From Camelus ferus (taxonomy: Eukaryota): 64,000 bases of DNA. Both the position numbers and the translations under genes were made by a program. The notes beneath the pieces are model-generated. The model was not told the origin of the DNA and ran no database searches. It worked only from the letters and a program-made list of their open reading frames with translations. Where the stretch lies: NCBI RefSeq assembly GCF_009834535.1, contig NC_045696.1, forward strand, positions 52,764,001-52,828,000, in the 5' to 3' direction. This document shows, piece after piece, positions 36,239 through 50,409 of the stretch. Position 1 is the first letter of the stretch, and each line of letters begins with the position of its first letter.

Positions 36239-37200
36239 CCCTAGGGACAGCCTGATTAGCCTTCTTGCCAGGACCAAAATATATCTTGCCATTTCTCACA
36301 CCATCTGTCAGAAAGGCCCTCAACTTTCCTTTTCTCATTCTTCAGCATTCACTTCAATGCCATTTCTTTCATCCACATGCCCACAATCATCCTCCTTTCA
36401 AAGAAAGAACAACTTTCAGCAATTCTGCAATCTGAAAGTTCCAAGAGAATTTCAGGAAATGACTTCTGATCTACTGGGTCTTTCCATAAATTGTTCAGGA
36501 AAGAAAAACTAGGACAATCTTCTGTTTTGTTTCAGAAGAAGGGAAAAAACCCTCTGACTCATACTTAGGGACAAACCAATTCAACAAATTAAAAGGCATT
36601 TGGGGCATTGAACTAAATCTTCCGGCTTCTGTCCCCAGTTGGCCAGTGCCTTGACCTTACCCCCTGCCTCTCTACCAAGAACTAATTTTTACCTTATTTT
36701 AATGATGTCATCCCATGACCCCAGATTAGTGGTGCTAAAGGCCTGCAGTGAAGTAGAGTTTCCCAGATACAACCTCCCCAGGTGGACTGGAGGGGCCAAC
36801 TCTTCCCACACCTCCTCTGTCTTGTAGCCCAAACCGGCCACTTCTGAGTGCCAGCGCACACTGAATTTGCTGCCACTGTCCCCTCAGGGCCTCTTTCACT
36901 GGCTTTAGTGTTCCCTGTGCACCTGCTCGTTGAGTGTGTGTTGCTCTGGATACTTCTCCCAGATGATTCAAGCTGAAACTCATTTCCCCCTGTTTTCACG
37001 GTCCTGTTTTGTATTGCAGAACATTTTTCCCCCTCTGATCTTGTGCATTAATGAAGCCTGCTAAATTACAGGCTTCAAGTGTTTGGCCTTGGCTTTGCCC
37101 TGGCAGCTTGCAGGTCTAACAGGCACCAGTTTTGAAGCAGGTTGTTGGAGTAATGTCTCCTTCATCAGAGGCCTCAGTTGAAGAAGTCTCGTTTGAGTAG

Positions 37201-37275
37201 TTTTTTTTTTTAATTGAAGTATAGTCAGTTTGCAATGTTGTGTCAATTTCTGGTGTACAGCACAATGTCCCAGTC
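37201..37275 (-). mobile_element. Extreme 3' end of a lineage-specific L1
   Basis: T11-AATTGAAGTATAGTCAGTTTGCAATGTTGTGTCAATTTCTGGTGTACAGCAC. Confidence 0.8.
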
Positions 37276-37529
37276 TATTGTGAGGCCTTGCTCCCTTCGC
37301 AATAACTGAGCCTTGAATCTGAGCTCAACCATTCATCCTTTTTTCTTTAGAGAATTTGAACAGGAGAAGTAGGAGCATCATGATTACATGCCTGTGGGAA
37401 CAAGTCAGTGGAGAGCAAACATCCGATGAATCAGAGGATAGAAAAGGGAACTTGCTGGTTCAAAGTCTTTGAGTAGACAAGAATGAATAGAATCTAGTCC
37501 AATAATAGAGAAACTAGCTTTGGATAGGA

Positions 37530-38836
37530 GAATAGAACACTCCCTCACACCATGCACAAAAACAAACTCAAAATGGCTTAAAGACTTAAACATAAGACAA
37601 GCCACTATAAACCTCTTAGAAGAAAACATAGGCAAAACATTCTCTGACATAAATCTTAGCAATGTTCTCCTAGGGCAGTCTACCCAGGCAATAAAAATGA
37701 AAGCAAAAATAAACAAATGGGGTCTAATTAAATTTATAAGCTTTTGCACAATAAAGGAAACCATAAGCAAAACAAAAAGACAACCTATGGAACAGGAGAA
37801 AATATTTGCAAAAGATGAAACTGACAGGGGCTTGATTTCCAGAATATGTAAACAGCTCATACAACTTAATAAGAAAAAAATAAACAACTTAATCCAAAAA
37901 TGGGTAGAAGACCTAAACAAGCAATTCCCCAATGAAGACATACAAATGGCCAATAGGCACGTGAAAAAATACTCAGTATTGCTAATTATCAGAGAAATGC
38001 AAATCAAAGAGGTATCAGTGAGGTATCATCTCACACCAGTCAGAATGGCCATAATTAGAAAGTCCTCAAATGATAAATGCTAGAGAGGGTGTGGAGAAAA
38101 GGGAACACTTCCCTACTGCTGGTGGGAATGTAGTTTGGTGCAGCCATTATGGAAAACGGTATGGAGATTCCTCAAAAAACTAAAAATAAAGTTACCATAT
38201 GATCCAGCAATACCACTCTGGGATATGTATCAAGAGGAGACTTTAATTCGAAAAGACACATGCACCCCAGTGTTCACAGTAGCACTATTTACAATAGCCA
38301 AGACTTGGAAATAACCTAAATGTCTATCAACAGATGACTGGATAAAGAAGCTGTGGTAGATTTATACAATGGAATACTACTCAGCCACAAAAAATAAAAT
38401 AATACCATTTGTAGCAACATGGATGCTGAAGATTGCCACTCCAAGTGAAGAGAGCCAGAAAGAGAAATAAAAATACCATATGACATCACTTAAATGTGGT
38501 ATCAATCTAAAAAAAAAGACAAATGAACTTGTTTACAAAACAGAAACAGATTCACAGACATAGAAAACAAATTTATGGTTACCAGGAGGGGAAGTGGGTG
38601 GGAAGGGATAAATTGGGAGTTCGAGATTTGCAGATACAAACTACTATATATAAAATAGATAGACAAAAAGTTTCCTCTGTATAGCACAAGGAATTATATT
38701 CAATATCTTATAGTAACCTATAATGAAAAATAATACGAAAATGAATATATGTATGACTGAAACATTATGCTATACACCAGAAATTGACACAACGTTGTAA
38801 ACTGATGGTACTTAAATTAAAAAAAGAAAAAATAAA
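37530..38836 (+). mobile_element. 5'-truncated lineage-specific L1 (ORF2 C-terminus, 3' UTR, A tail) inserted in an L2 (~37320-39720)
   Basis: ORF 37520-38083 is L1 ORF2p-like ([18 protein letters not shown]...[10 protein letters not shown]...[12 protein letters not shown]) and ends at a premature TAG; A-rich tail near 38815-38836. Confidence 0.95.
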
Positions 38837-39949
38837 TATGCAGACCAGAAAAGATAAGAAGAGTATAAGAATACCATGTACTGTGACAGGAGGGAATTGG
38901 TGTATGTAGGTATAGATGCCGGTAGATGACAGTGTAGTTGGATATTCACTACTGGTTGTTTCAGCTTTCTCAGGGAGCAGGAAATAAGCCACCACAGGAG
39001 GGTAAGAATGGGCAAGAAGACGTTGGAGGTTAGAAAAGATAAAATCTGAGTAGTTGTAGAGGAGGTTGGGAGAGTGAAGTGAACCATACAGTTTGACTGC
39101 CTGCCAGTGGTGAGGGCCCACTTGGGATTCAAGATCATAAATTTGAAGTGTGGTTGTGTATTTTTCTCGAGCTCTGTTCAATGACACAGGTGCAGTTTGA
39201 ACTAAGCAGAGCTAGATTCCACCATGGAATTTAATTACACATGTACAAGGAAGCGAAAGGTGGAGGGTTAAGAAAGTGACTTTGTAATGACTGAAGAACT
39301 TAGCCGGAAAAGGAGGAGTGAAGGCATCAGGAGGGCAAGAAACAGTAACAGGTGGTAGGACCCTCCCCCCCCCCCAAAAAAAGCTTCTAGAGGGTCTGCA
39401 GTTAGTGTAATGAAAGGTATGTGAGAGTGAGTGATGGAGGCTGGGGCAGAAGGCAATACCTGGAGGGAAGGAGTTTAAAAATCTGAGGTGATTGGAAGGA
39501 TCATCCAGGTACATACAGAGATCATGAAGAATAAAGGGAATCATATTATTAGAGAGAGTTACAATGAGTCGAAAGTGCAAACAGTCAAGAAATGAGGGGA
39601 AAATGGCTTAGATGTTGGTAGCTGTAAAGGACAGTGGAGGATATAACCTAACGTCATCGGATCCAAAGTTGGGCAAGTCTTGGGAAGAAGGAGAGAAGAA
39701 TGGTCTAAAGGTGGCAATGGGGAACAACCACTCAAAATGAGTAACTGACTAAAGCTTATTGAGCTTATGAATTGCCAGGCACAGTTTTAAGGCACTAATA
39801 TGTTTCAACACATTTAATCCTCACAACCATTCAAGGAGGTAAATACTATTATTACCCTTGTTTTAAGGGTGAGAAAATCAAGGCACAGATGTGTAACTTG
39901 CCAAAGCTCATAGAGGCAGATTGGCTCCAGGGGATGTGCTTTTTTTCTT

Positions 39950-41290
39950 AAATTTTTTTAAAAAAAACTTTTCGTTTATAAATAATTTTAGGCTTACAAA
40001 GGTGCAAAAATAGTACAGAGGGTTTCCATATCCTCTCGACTCAGCTTTCTCTAATGTTAACACCCTGCATAACTATGGTGTACTTATGAAGAACCAGGAC
40101 ATGAATGTTGGATTATTAACCAAACTGCAGACTTTATTAGAATTTTACCAATTTTTACCCTAATGTCCTTTTTATGGTCTAAGATTGAATCCAGGATCAC
40201 TATTGCCTTTACTAGTTGTGTCTCCTCAGTCTTCTCCAGTCTGTGACAGACCAGCATTCTTTCCTTTCTTTTATTTTTCTCATTTGCTCTTTTTTTAAAT
40301 TGAAGTGTAGTTAATCTACAATGTTGTGTTTGTTGTGTTAGTTGTGTTAGTTTCAGGTATACAGCAAAGTGAATTCAGTTATGTGTATATATATTCTTTC
40401 TCAGACTATTTTCCGTTATAGGTTATTACAAGATAATGAATACCGTTCCCTCTGTTATCAGTAGGTCCTTGTTGTTTATCTGTCTTATGTATAGTAGTGT
40501 GTATGTGTTAATCGCAAACTCCTAATTTATCCCTCCCTCCCTCTTCCCTTTCCCTTTGGTAACTGTAAGTTTGTTTTCTATGTTTCTGAGGCTATTTCCG
40601 TTTTGTAGATAAATTCATTTGTATCCTTTTTTTTTAGATTCCACATATAATTGATATCATATGATACTTGTCTTTGTCTGACTTACTTCACTTAATACGA
40701 TAATCTCTAGATCCATCCATGTTGCTGCAAATGACAATATTTCATTCTTTTTTGTGACTGAGTGATATCCATATATATTTTACATGTTTATATATATATA
40801 TATACACACATACACTATATCTTCTTTATCCAGTCATCTGTTGGACATTTAGGTTGTTTCCATGTCTTGGCCATTGTAAGTAGTGCTACTGTGGACATTG
40901 GGGTGCATGTACCTTTTTGAGTTAGAGTTTTCTCCGGATGTATATATTTCCTTTTCTTTCATGATCTTGACACTTTGAAGAGCCCTGGTCAGTTATTTGT
41001 AAAATGTCTCCCAATTTTGGCCTGTCTGGTTCTTTCTCACAGGTAAATGAAGGTTATATATTTTGGACGTGACTATCACAGAAGTGGTGCTGTGTCCTTC
41101 TCAGTCATCATTTCAGGGCTACCCTATGTCAAGTGTCTTATGACTGGGAATATTAATCTTGAGCACTTGGCTAAGGTGGTGTCTGCTAGGTTTCCCTACC
41201 GTAAAACTGCTATTCTTTTCCTTTGTAGTTGATAAATATCTTGGGAGATACACTTTGAGGCTATGCAAATATCTTGTTTCCTCTCCACAA
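39950..41290 (-). mobile_element. Old L1M 3' UTR split by a younger L1
   Basis: AAATAATTTTAGGCTTACAAAGGTGCAAAAATAGTACAGAG; resumes at CATGATCTTGACACTTTGAAGAG...GGCTAAGGTGGTGTCTGCTAGG. Confidence 0.75.
40265..40945 (-). mobile_element. Younger artiodactyl L1 3' end nested in the old L1
   Basis: TTGAAGTGTAGTT...TAGATTCCACATATAA...CTAGATCCATCCATGTTGCTGCAAATG; homologous to the reverse complement of ~38230-38820. Confidence 0.9.
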
Positions 41291-43439
41291 AGGATCTGCT
41301 CTTGACTACCATTCTATATTTCCCCTAATCAGAATAATTTCACTGGAGAATCAGGGATATGTGCATAGAAAAGAAAGTATTTAATCTGAATCAGAAAGAA
41401 GCTAGATTTTAGTAGGCAGACATGACAGGGAGGAGTGTTCTTGGTTGAAGGAACAGAATCAGCAAAGGCTCAGAAGTCTGAATAGGCAGGTTGCATTCAG
41501 TGAGACTGCTGTGTAGGCTGTATGTGTGGAGAAGGTGAGAAATGAGGATTAAAACATATAGGAGCACAGATCATCCACGCCTTGAATTCTCTGCTGAAGA
41601 ATTGTGACCTTTTCCCACATGCCTCGTATTCCTCAGTTTCCAACAAACTGCAATTTTTTGGCAGGGGTGGAGGAAAAGGAGTCATACTTTTTAGAGCCTA
41701 TATCTTCATCTGTAAAAGGACATTAGATAATCTCTAAGGCATTTCTCACTCGTGAAACTTTATGATTCTATGAATTGGTAACATATTGATTCTTTCTATA
41801 CCATTGTATACATAGCTTAGTGGTTTTCAGAAATCTATCCCATGAGGCCACTTTCTCTTCTCCTCTCAGAAAATCACTTTCACAATCTGAGAAGGGCTTC
41901 AGCTGAAAAGAACTTATTAGCCAGACTCTCTCCCGTCACCCTCCACCATTGTCTCCAATCAAAAACAGGAAAAGAAAGGGAAGGGTTTATCAGGGAGAAC
42001 GATGGGCTCCAGTTTGGTCATAGCTGCACGGAAGGGGTAACAAGATTTGTTTTCTTTAATCAGATGCAAAATATAGGATTAGCTGTGAGGATTCCCCCGC
42101 TTTACTGTTCAGTCTGCCGTGGATAGGTGGCAATGAAGTTAGAGACTGAAAACAGCTTCCTTCTCTTCGTACCATATTATTCCAAAATGGTGGTAGACTG
42201 AAAAGAGGAGAAAAATTTACAGGGGAAAATTGGAAAAGCAGGGAGGGATGTGAATAAACTGACAGGAAATATAAAAAGCATTGGTTCTGCTGTGAATTTA
42301 GAAAGGCTTCAGAAAGGTCACCTTGATCCCTTGAGCCTTCCCTTAGGCTTCAGAAAAAACGATAAAGGGGTGCTCAGATCAGCAGTTAACAGGCTTCCTA
42401 AATTCACTCAATTCTATTAGCAAACGTGGCTTTGTAGCCAGACCATATTGATAAAAATAATTTTACATTGCCTCCTTTTTATTACTGAGTGCCGTTATGC
42501 TTTATAGGAAAGTCCCAGACTGACGTTAAATTCCAGATCAATAAGAGACAAACTATGATGGATTGTCACTCGGTGCTTGGTGTTCTCCGTGAGCTTACTC
42601 TGTAATGCCTCTCTGTGTCCTGGGTGGGGCTTTTGATGGCTCCCCGATGTAGAAATCTACAACAGTTTAGAAACCTAGCCAGTTCGCTGGACTTGTGATG
42701 TGAGATCACTTATCTCATACTAAAAACTAGTTCATAATTTGTGTGAGTTTAACCATTCTAATTTTTTCAAGTGTATTATCATAAATATCATCACAGTTTT
42801 TGCTTTCTGGGTTATAATATTTGGGATACTTTATTTCACATCTGCTTTACTCCAGAAATGATGTAAGATGGCTTCAGGGCACATGCAAACATCAAGATAC
42901 TGTAAATTAGAAGCAAATGAGAAAGAAAAAGTTAAACAGCGGGTCAGGACAATTAGAATCACAAATGAAAGTGATGCAAAAACAAATTCCTATTCTACGC
43001 TTTTTAGTATTCATTTACAGAAATTCTAAGACAAAGGGGCTTAGCAAACAAGTTTTTCTCAGCAAGGAATAGGTTTATTACTTAGACTACAAAAACATTT
43101 CTCCTGAGGGTTTTTACGAAAAGGATGCCATACTATCGGGAACAATTTTCTCAACAGCATTTTTCTGTTTGAGGCAATGCATATTGTACAGCTGCTTCTT
43201 AAAAGTTCCTCAAAAAAAAAGGCTCATGGTATCATACCAAACACAATTTTGAAAAAGCTACCCTATGGGGCTTCGAAAGGGTTTGGCGATGCAAAATCCA
43301 TCGTGTTGGCAGCTCTGCTGGCTTGATTTAATCCAGAGGCTGATTTTTACTGTATCTGGAGAAAAGGATGTACTGTAAACCATCACATTTTACCTGCTCT
43401 CTCAGCTAAGTTTGTGATGGATATTGGGCAGCGATTCTG

Positions 43440-43990
43440 CCATGGTCAGGGATACTGCTCATTGGAGGGAACAGAGACCCACATTGCTGGTGCAAGAAAA
43501 TATTGTAGCGATACAGAGAGGACTCTCATAATTTAAATATAGGAGGTAAAGAACAGCTGGGCTTTGTGGGAAATGTATCTGGGCAGCACAGAAGCAAAAG
43601 CTGTGATTTATCTGTCTTCTTCTCTGGGCTTAGCCTGTCGTGTCCACCTCTGTCCTTTTATGTCTGCTGTTTTCTTCTCTCTCGAGAGGCTTTGCCACCG
43701 TGGTCCAAAGCAGCCACTCCAGCCCTCAGAATTAACAACTCAGCATCCACAGATGATAAACATCATTTACTTGAATTGCCCAAACCCAAATTCCCAGGAA
43801 AGTAACCTGACCCAGCTCTTCCTTTTGACCTGCCGTAGACAGCTGTCCAGCATTAGAGAAATGACCTTTGAATCAAGTGTTTCTTGGTCCAAGGAGCACG
43901 TCTAGAGCTGTGGGGACAGTTGGTACAGATCTTAGCTGTGACACTTCAGCATAGGAGTTATACGTGAGGAGAGGCTCCAGATGTGACCAG
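43440..43990 (-). mobile_element. Old MaLR LTR remnant
   Basis: GGTCAGGGATACTG...AACAGAGACCCAC... resembles MLT1K/L ends. Confidence 0.4.
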
Positions 43991-45594
43991 ACTATCACTC
44001 CGATGTGGTGTGCTACCCAGCTAGCCACACTTCTTAAGTAAACAGCGATTGCTTGGTCATGCGCGATGTCTGCTAGACTGGACAGATTGGTCCAGACTAA
44101 TTCAGAATAGTCTCTTGGGGAAAGAAGAGAGATTCATCTGCTGGTTCCTTTCCATCTTGTCTCTCCTTAATCAAAGCTAGCCCCATAGAATACAGACTGC
44201 CCCACATTCCAATTTCTGTTACCCACATGCTCCCATGCTCTGCAGCTTCATTTAAGTCCAAAAGTAGTGAGAGTAGCCACAGTCCTAACTGACACCGATT
44301 TTTATCACGACTCAGTCCTTAGCCTGTTTTTCCAAACTAGATGCCCTTTTCATTGTCTGGTTGTATAAAGAGAAAGCACCTTACGTCCAAAGGGAATTTG
44401 GGTACGGTCTTCGCTCTTCTTATCTTTTTTGCTGTACTTTCTGCCTGGGGTGTGGGTAATAGAGGCGGGGGTGGGAGATAGGCCACAGAGCCGCCATTCC
44501 TTTCTCGTCCCTTCTTTTTGGTCATACCAAAATCCAGAACAATTTACTGGAATTTAGTTTAATTGTACATTTTCTAACATTTAGGATTAACCTTTCTATC
44601 TATTAAAATATTTTAAAATAAATGTCTATTCACTTAAGCCAGCAGCCTCCAAAGTAGAGTACGTACGAGCTGATTCAACAGAGCATGAAAATACCAGAAT
44701 TTCTCTTTATGTATAAGTCTTATTTCATCTTTTAAAAAGATTTATTATTTGTGTATGTTTAAAATTATATATGACGCACTAGCACAGAAAGGCAACTGTG
44801 CGCATCGCCAGTAAATTACACATGTGTGAGGGCACGTGCTCAGATTGTTTCCTAGACTGGGTACATGAGCTAAAGTTTGGAGCCCACTGGTACTGAAGTC
44901 TCGGGGAATACGCATTACATTGCGGTTTTTATTTTGAGAGAAAGATGAATAGCTCTCATTTTGGGCTTGTGACCAGTTCTGACTGTAACTTCCTCATAAA
45001 GACCTGGTCCCATGACATATTACATTATTCAGCACATTATACTTTCAGACCTCTCACCCTTTATTTAAATATTTATTGTGTATGAAACACTGGGAGACAG
45101 ATTAGATTATGGTAATACATTTATGTATTTAATTTTTTTCTTCTTTTTTTTCCTTTTTCAGTTTTATTGTGTAGAATTATTACAGTTTGATTGCACATAC
45201 ACATTATATTGCATGTAAATACACATACACAGTCTACCACACTTTTTTTAGTTTACATATATTTACTAATTATTGTTTCTAAGAACAGATCAGATCTTTA
45301 GCTTTTTAATTTTACACAGTTATCATGGAATAAAGCATGTATTTAATTTTGAGTCAGAAGTTTGAAACAACAAGTCCATGATCACCACAGGGTGAGGACC
45401 AGCCTCTGAGTGTCAGCTTATATCAGCTTACAGAGTTCCTTGGGATCCTTGTTAAAACAGTGACGTTTTGAACAGGGAACCAGATGTGCAGATGTTTCTT
45501 GTGACCACTGAGTTAGATGATATGTACCTTTGGGTTGTATCATATAGGTCCTCCACATGTATTATGATTCTTTCTTCCTTTCGCTCTCTCTCTC

Positions 45595-46878
45595 TCTTTC
45601 TTTTTTATTTATTTATTTTTAAAATAAAGTATAGTCAGTTTACAATGTGTTAATTTCTGTTACACAGCATAGTGATTCAGCTATCTATCTATCTATCTAT
45701 ATGTTCCTTTTCATATTCTTTTTCATTATAGGTTATTGCAGGGTGTTGAATATAGTTTCCTGTGCAGTAGGACCACAGTAGGACCTTGCTGTTTATCTAT
45801 TTAATATATAGTAGTTAGTGTCTGCAAATACCAAACATCCAATTTATCCCTCCACCACTGTCCCCCACCACCACCTCCACCCCTGGCAACCATAAGTTTA
45901 TTTTCTATGTCTGTCTGTAACTCTGTTTCTGTTTTGTAAATAAGTTCATTTGTCTCATTTTTTTTAGATTTCACATATAAATGGTATCATGATATTTTTC
46001 TTTCTCTTTCTGGCTTACTTCACTTAGTATGACAATCTCTAGGTCCGTCCATGTTTCTGCAAATGGCATTATTTTATTTTTTATGGTTGAGTAGTATTCC
46101 ATTGCATATATGACTTAAACATAAGGCACTATAAACCTCTTAGAAGAAACATAGGAAAAACATTCTCTAACATAAAGCTTAATAATGTTCTCCTAAGGCA
46201 GTCTACCAAGGCAATAGAAATCAAAGCAAAAATAAACAAATGGGACCTAATTAAATTTATAAGCTTCTGCATTGCAAAGGAAACTATAAACAAAATGAAA
46301 GGACAACCTACGGAATGGGAGAAAATATTTGCGAACAATATGACAGATAAGGGCTTAATTTCCAGAATATACAAATAGCTCAAACAACTCAATAAAAAAA
46401 AAATAAACAACCCAATCAAAAAGTGGGCAGAAGACCTAAACAAACATTTCTCCAATGAAGACATACAAATGGCCAACAGGCACATGAAAAGATGCTCAAT
46501 ATTGCTAACTATTAGAGAAATGCAAATCAAAACAGCGATAAGGTATCACCTCATACCACTCAGAATGGCCATCATTCAAAAGTCCACAAATGACAAATGC
46601 TGGAGAGGGTGTGGAGAAAAAGGAACCCTCCCACACTGTTGGTGGGAATGCAGTTTGGTGCGGCCACCATGGAAAACAGTATGGGGAGTCCTTAAAAAAC
46701 TGAAAATAGACTTACCACATGACCCAGCAATCACACTCCTGGGCATATATTCAGAGGAAATGCTAATTCAAAAATATACATGCACCCCAATGTTCTTAGC
46801 AGCACTATTTACAATAGTCAAGTCATGAAAGCAATCTAAATGTCTGTCAACAAAACAATTGGATAAAGAAGATGGGAA
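45595..46878 (-). mobile_element. Lineage-specific L1 with 5' inversion (3' end on - at ~45595-46110; ORF2 segment on + at ~46111-46878)
   Basis: ORF 46469-46828 is L1 ORF2p C-terminal ([18 protein letters not shown]). The two oppositely oriented pieces are nearly contiguous in the L1 copy at ~38340-38370. Confidence 0.92.
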
Positions 46879-46880
46879 GT

Positions 46881-46978
46881 ATATATTTATTTATTTAGAT
46901 GGAGGTACCGGAGATTGAACTCAGGACTTTGTGCATGCTAAGCACACACTCCTTCATTGAGCTATACCCCATTTCCCC
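46881..46978 (-). mobile_element. Camelid tRNA-derived SINE (Vic-1 type, short)
   Basis: ATGGAGGTACCGGAGATTGAACTCAGGACTTTGTGCATGCTAAGCAC...TGAGCTATACCCC. Confidence 0.85.
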
Positions 46979-48364
46979 ACAATTCTTAATATATGTAGAT
47001 GGTCAACAATTGTTGAACTGGGTGAGGGGTGAAATTCAAAGATCACTATTTCAGTGGTTAGTAAAGGAATGGAGGAGGAGGACCACGGGTATGGGAAGAA
47101 TGGAAGGGCACTGATATTTAGGTGAGCATGTTCCATTTTATTCTTACAAAGATCCTATAAACTTGGTGTTACTATCTTCACTAGACAAGTCAGTCCTTCT
47201 CTAAGAGCCTCAGGTTTCTCATCAATATCATGTCACCTTGCTTATAAGAGGTAGAGTTAGGATTTGAATTCATGACTTTCTGACTCCAAAGACCATGGAC
47301 TTTCTGTGGTGGCACCTTTCCTCTCAATAGTTTAGATCTACTCCAGGAACCTCCTGTTGACATCCAGGATAATGCTAATAAATAGAGAGATTACAAACAT
47401 AATTTCTTAGTGTGATTCATCTATTTTTATTAGCATTCTGGCTGCTGTGCAGAAAGTGGATCAGAAAAGGAAAAATGGAAAACAGGAAGCCAGTTAGAAA
47501 ATCATAGCAGGAGATCAGGCTTGTGTTATGGTGGTGGCAGTGAGGTTGAAAACATTCAAGATGTATATCGTTGATAGCGTTGACAAAGCTAGTTGATGGA
47601 ATGAATGAAAGCGAGAAATCAGAGTTTTTGCCTTAAGAAATTGGGTGGATAGAGGGTCAATGTCAGAAATGGAGATGTCTGGGAGAGGGGCACGATGTGA
47701 AGGACTAGACTGAAGGACCAAATTAAAAGTACAATTTTCAACATGTTAACCAGCTTCCAGCATCGCTGTTAGTGGCTGGTCTTTTCTGAGTTTGCTGCTT
47801 ATGCCAGACAGATGAGAATAGGTGATTTTTCTTCACATTTTATTTTCTTTGTAACTCCTGAAGCTGACATTCTATTTATCTTGTAAGCCTTAGTGAACCC
47901 CCTTGTCTTATCTTCTGTTGAAAGGCGTGGCTTCTGTGACTCCACCCAAGTCGGCCTATCTGGAGTCCATGGTGCAAAATCACCTACAGCACCATCTTCC
48001 TTCCTGGTCTTTGAGTCTCCATAGTCTCCAAATTAGGAAAGTAGTCTGATAAGTAACTAGGAACTATTGGAGGCTATAGATCTGTGATTTATTTTTGAAT
48101 ATTCAAAATACGCAGCCTTCTCGCAAGTAATAAATAGAGTGACTTTAATGCTACAGTCCTGTATGTACAGTGGCTTTGTGCTATGCCTACCTGGCTAAGA
48201 TGAAACCACATTTCCAAGAATTCCTTTTGTTTCCAGCTTAGGACTGGCCACAGGAGAGATTGTATGAGATCTGGAAGGCAGAAGAGAGGCACCAGCCAGC
48301 TTTCTGCTCTGAAGGTGGGTGTAGGTTACAGGTGTGGTTACAGCTCATGCAGGTTGGTTTAGTA

Positions 48365-49640
48365 CAATTTGAGAGTTTAGCACAAAGCTATTTTTTTCCT
48401 CTGAGCCACTAGAGAATAAGTTACCAGCACAATACTTCATAATCCCTGACTCCTTTATTGTGTATTTCCCCCAAAATTCTCCTACATAACCACACTACAT
48501 CATCAAAATCAGGAACTGACACTGATACTTTACTCCCATCCCATTCTCAGATACCATTCAAGTTTCACCAATTACCTTAATAATGGTTCTTACGGCAGAA
48601 GGATTTAGTTCAGAACTTGAGTTACATTTAGTGATCACTACCCGATTCCTTCAAACTGGAATAGTTCCTCAGTCTTTCCTGGCTCATGATCTTGACCGTT
48701 GTGAAGATTACAGGCCAACTATTTTGTAGAACGTCTCTCAGTATGGGCTCATCTACGTGTCCTCATGGTTATGCATATTACAGAAGTGATGCTGTGTTCC
48801 TTCGCCACATCCTGATCCGTAGCCCGTGATTTTGATTTACTCCCTTATGGATGATGGTCGCTTTGATCCCTTGATTAAAGTAGTGTCTTCCTGACTTCAC
48901 TGCACAGCTCCTCTTTTCCCTTTGTAATTAATGCGTACTTGCTGCACGTGTGGTGGGGGCAGCGGTGGGGTGAGGCTTACCCTGAAACTATGTAAATATC
49001 TCCTTTCTCACTGAACTTTCAATTTATTTGTTCACTTATTTATATCAGTATGGACTCATCTATTTTATTCAATGATTTGTAATCTGTTGCGATCATGATT
49101 TATTTTAATGTTCAGATCATCTCAAGTTTGGCCAGTGAGGGCCCTTTCAAGCTGGCTGTCTGTCTTTTTCATGTCTCTCTCATTCTTTGAGCTTTTAAAA
49201 ACATTTTTGACACAATAAAAATGCTCCACGTTTATGTTATATTTTGTATGCCCCGACCCTGGCACCAGTCATCTCTCCAAGGACCCTGGTTCCTTTTATT
49301 GGAGATCAGCATCTGAAAGCAAGCTCCGGGAGCTAAGTGAGCTCGTTACTTTGGGGTGTTGCTGCTCTTAGTGGACAGTGCCCAGATGCTGTCTGTGTGC
49401 ATACACAGACATGTGCATACATTTACATCTGCATTTATCTACTCTCAGCCATCTATCTTTCCATCCTCTACCTATCTGTCATCTTTATTTGTATCTGTAT
49501 CGAAAATTGAGTTCACACCAATACCTCTGAGTCCATCCTAACACCACAGAGTTCATTCTGTTTTCAGTAGTACCACTTCTGTTCTCTGACAATGGGAAAC
49601 TTGGCTTTCATCGTCCTCAAGATGCTTGTTTATTCAGTCC
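48365..49640 (-). mobile_element. Old L1MC-type 3' UTR
   Basis: ATTCTCCTACATAACCAC...ATCAAAATCAGGAA; TTGGCCAGTGAGGGCCCTTTCAAGCTGGCT; CATCTCTCCAAGGACCCTGGTTCCTTTT. Confidence 0.75.
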
Positions 49641-50409
49641 GTTCTCCCCCGTGCTACTGCTTTCCCACTGCTGTGCCCACACTGTGGCACTCAGCTTCAG
49701 GGCCTCTCACGGGTGTGGACCCCTGTGAATGCTGCAGGTTGTCAGGGGTTCTAGGACCTTCTTAATGGGAAGTGAAAGCCAGGTCATAATCAGGGCTATT
49801 TTGCATGTAAGCATTTTTGATAAATTGCCTGAGGAATTCTCAGAAGAAAAGAATCTGAATGTTGAAGCTTTCTAATATTTGTTGGAATCTTTTTTCTCAT
49901 TCTAAATAAACATTTACTTTCAGCAGCTAGTTTTTTAATAAAAATTGTATATTCTTCTTCTTAGATAAGGTCCTCTAAATTGAATAAATTTAGGAATGCC
50001 AAGTTCTGGATTTGCCTGTCTATACTCTGTATTTTAAGTGTATTGTTTGATTTAGATCAGGGCCCATAGTTAACCTCTGAGGCAAGCATTGTGACTGTCA
50101 AATAAAGACACTGAACCTCTGACAACCTAGGTCATTTGCTCAAAATCACACAGCTTAGAATTTGAAGCCAGCTTTTCTGATGTCAAGTCCACTGCTCTTT
50201 CTAATATATTATACATACGCCCTCATAGAATATAACCTTGATGTGATAATGGCTTGGGGCTGAAGAGCTACTTTTTGAGGGCACAGACAGTTTTTCACAC
50301 TTGTTGAAACGTGAGAAGGCAAAATATCTTTGCTTCTTCTGGACTAGGACTGGCTAGTTTAGGTCTAGAGGCAGGAAGTGCCTGCAAAGTATACAGATTA
50401 GTAGACGCT

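Noticed and set aside
37405..38007. 200-aa hydrophobic minus-strand ORF (also 46129-46530 and 20679-21005)
   Set aside because: Antisense frames of A-rich L1 ORF2 sequence, a common artefact; not membrane proteins.
37520..38083. L1 ORF2 fragment as an active or domesticated gene
   Set aside because: 5'-truncated, with a premature stop and no endonuclease or reverse transcriptase core.
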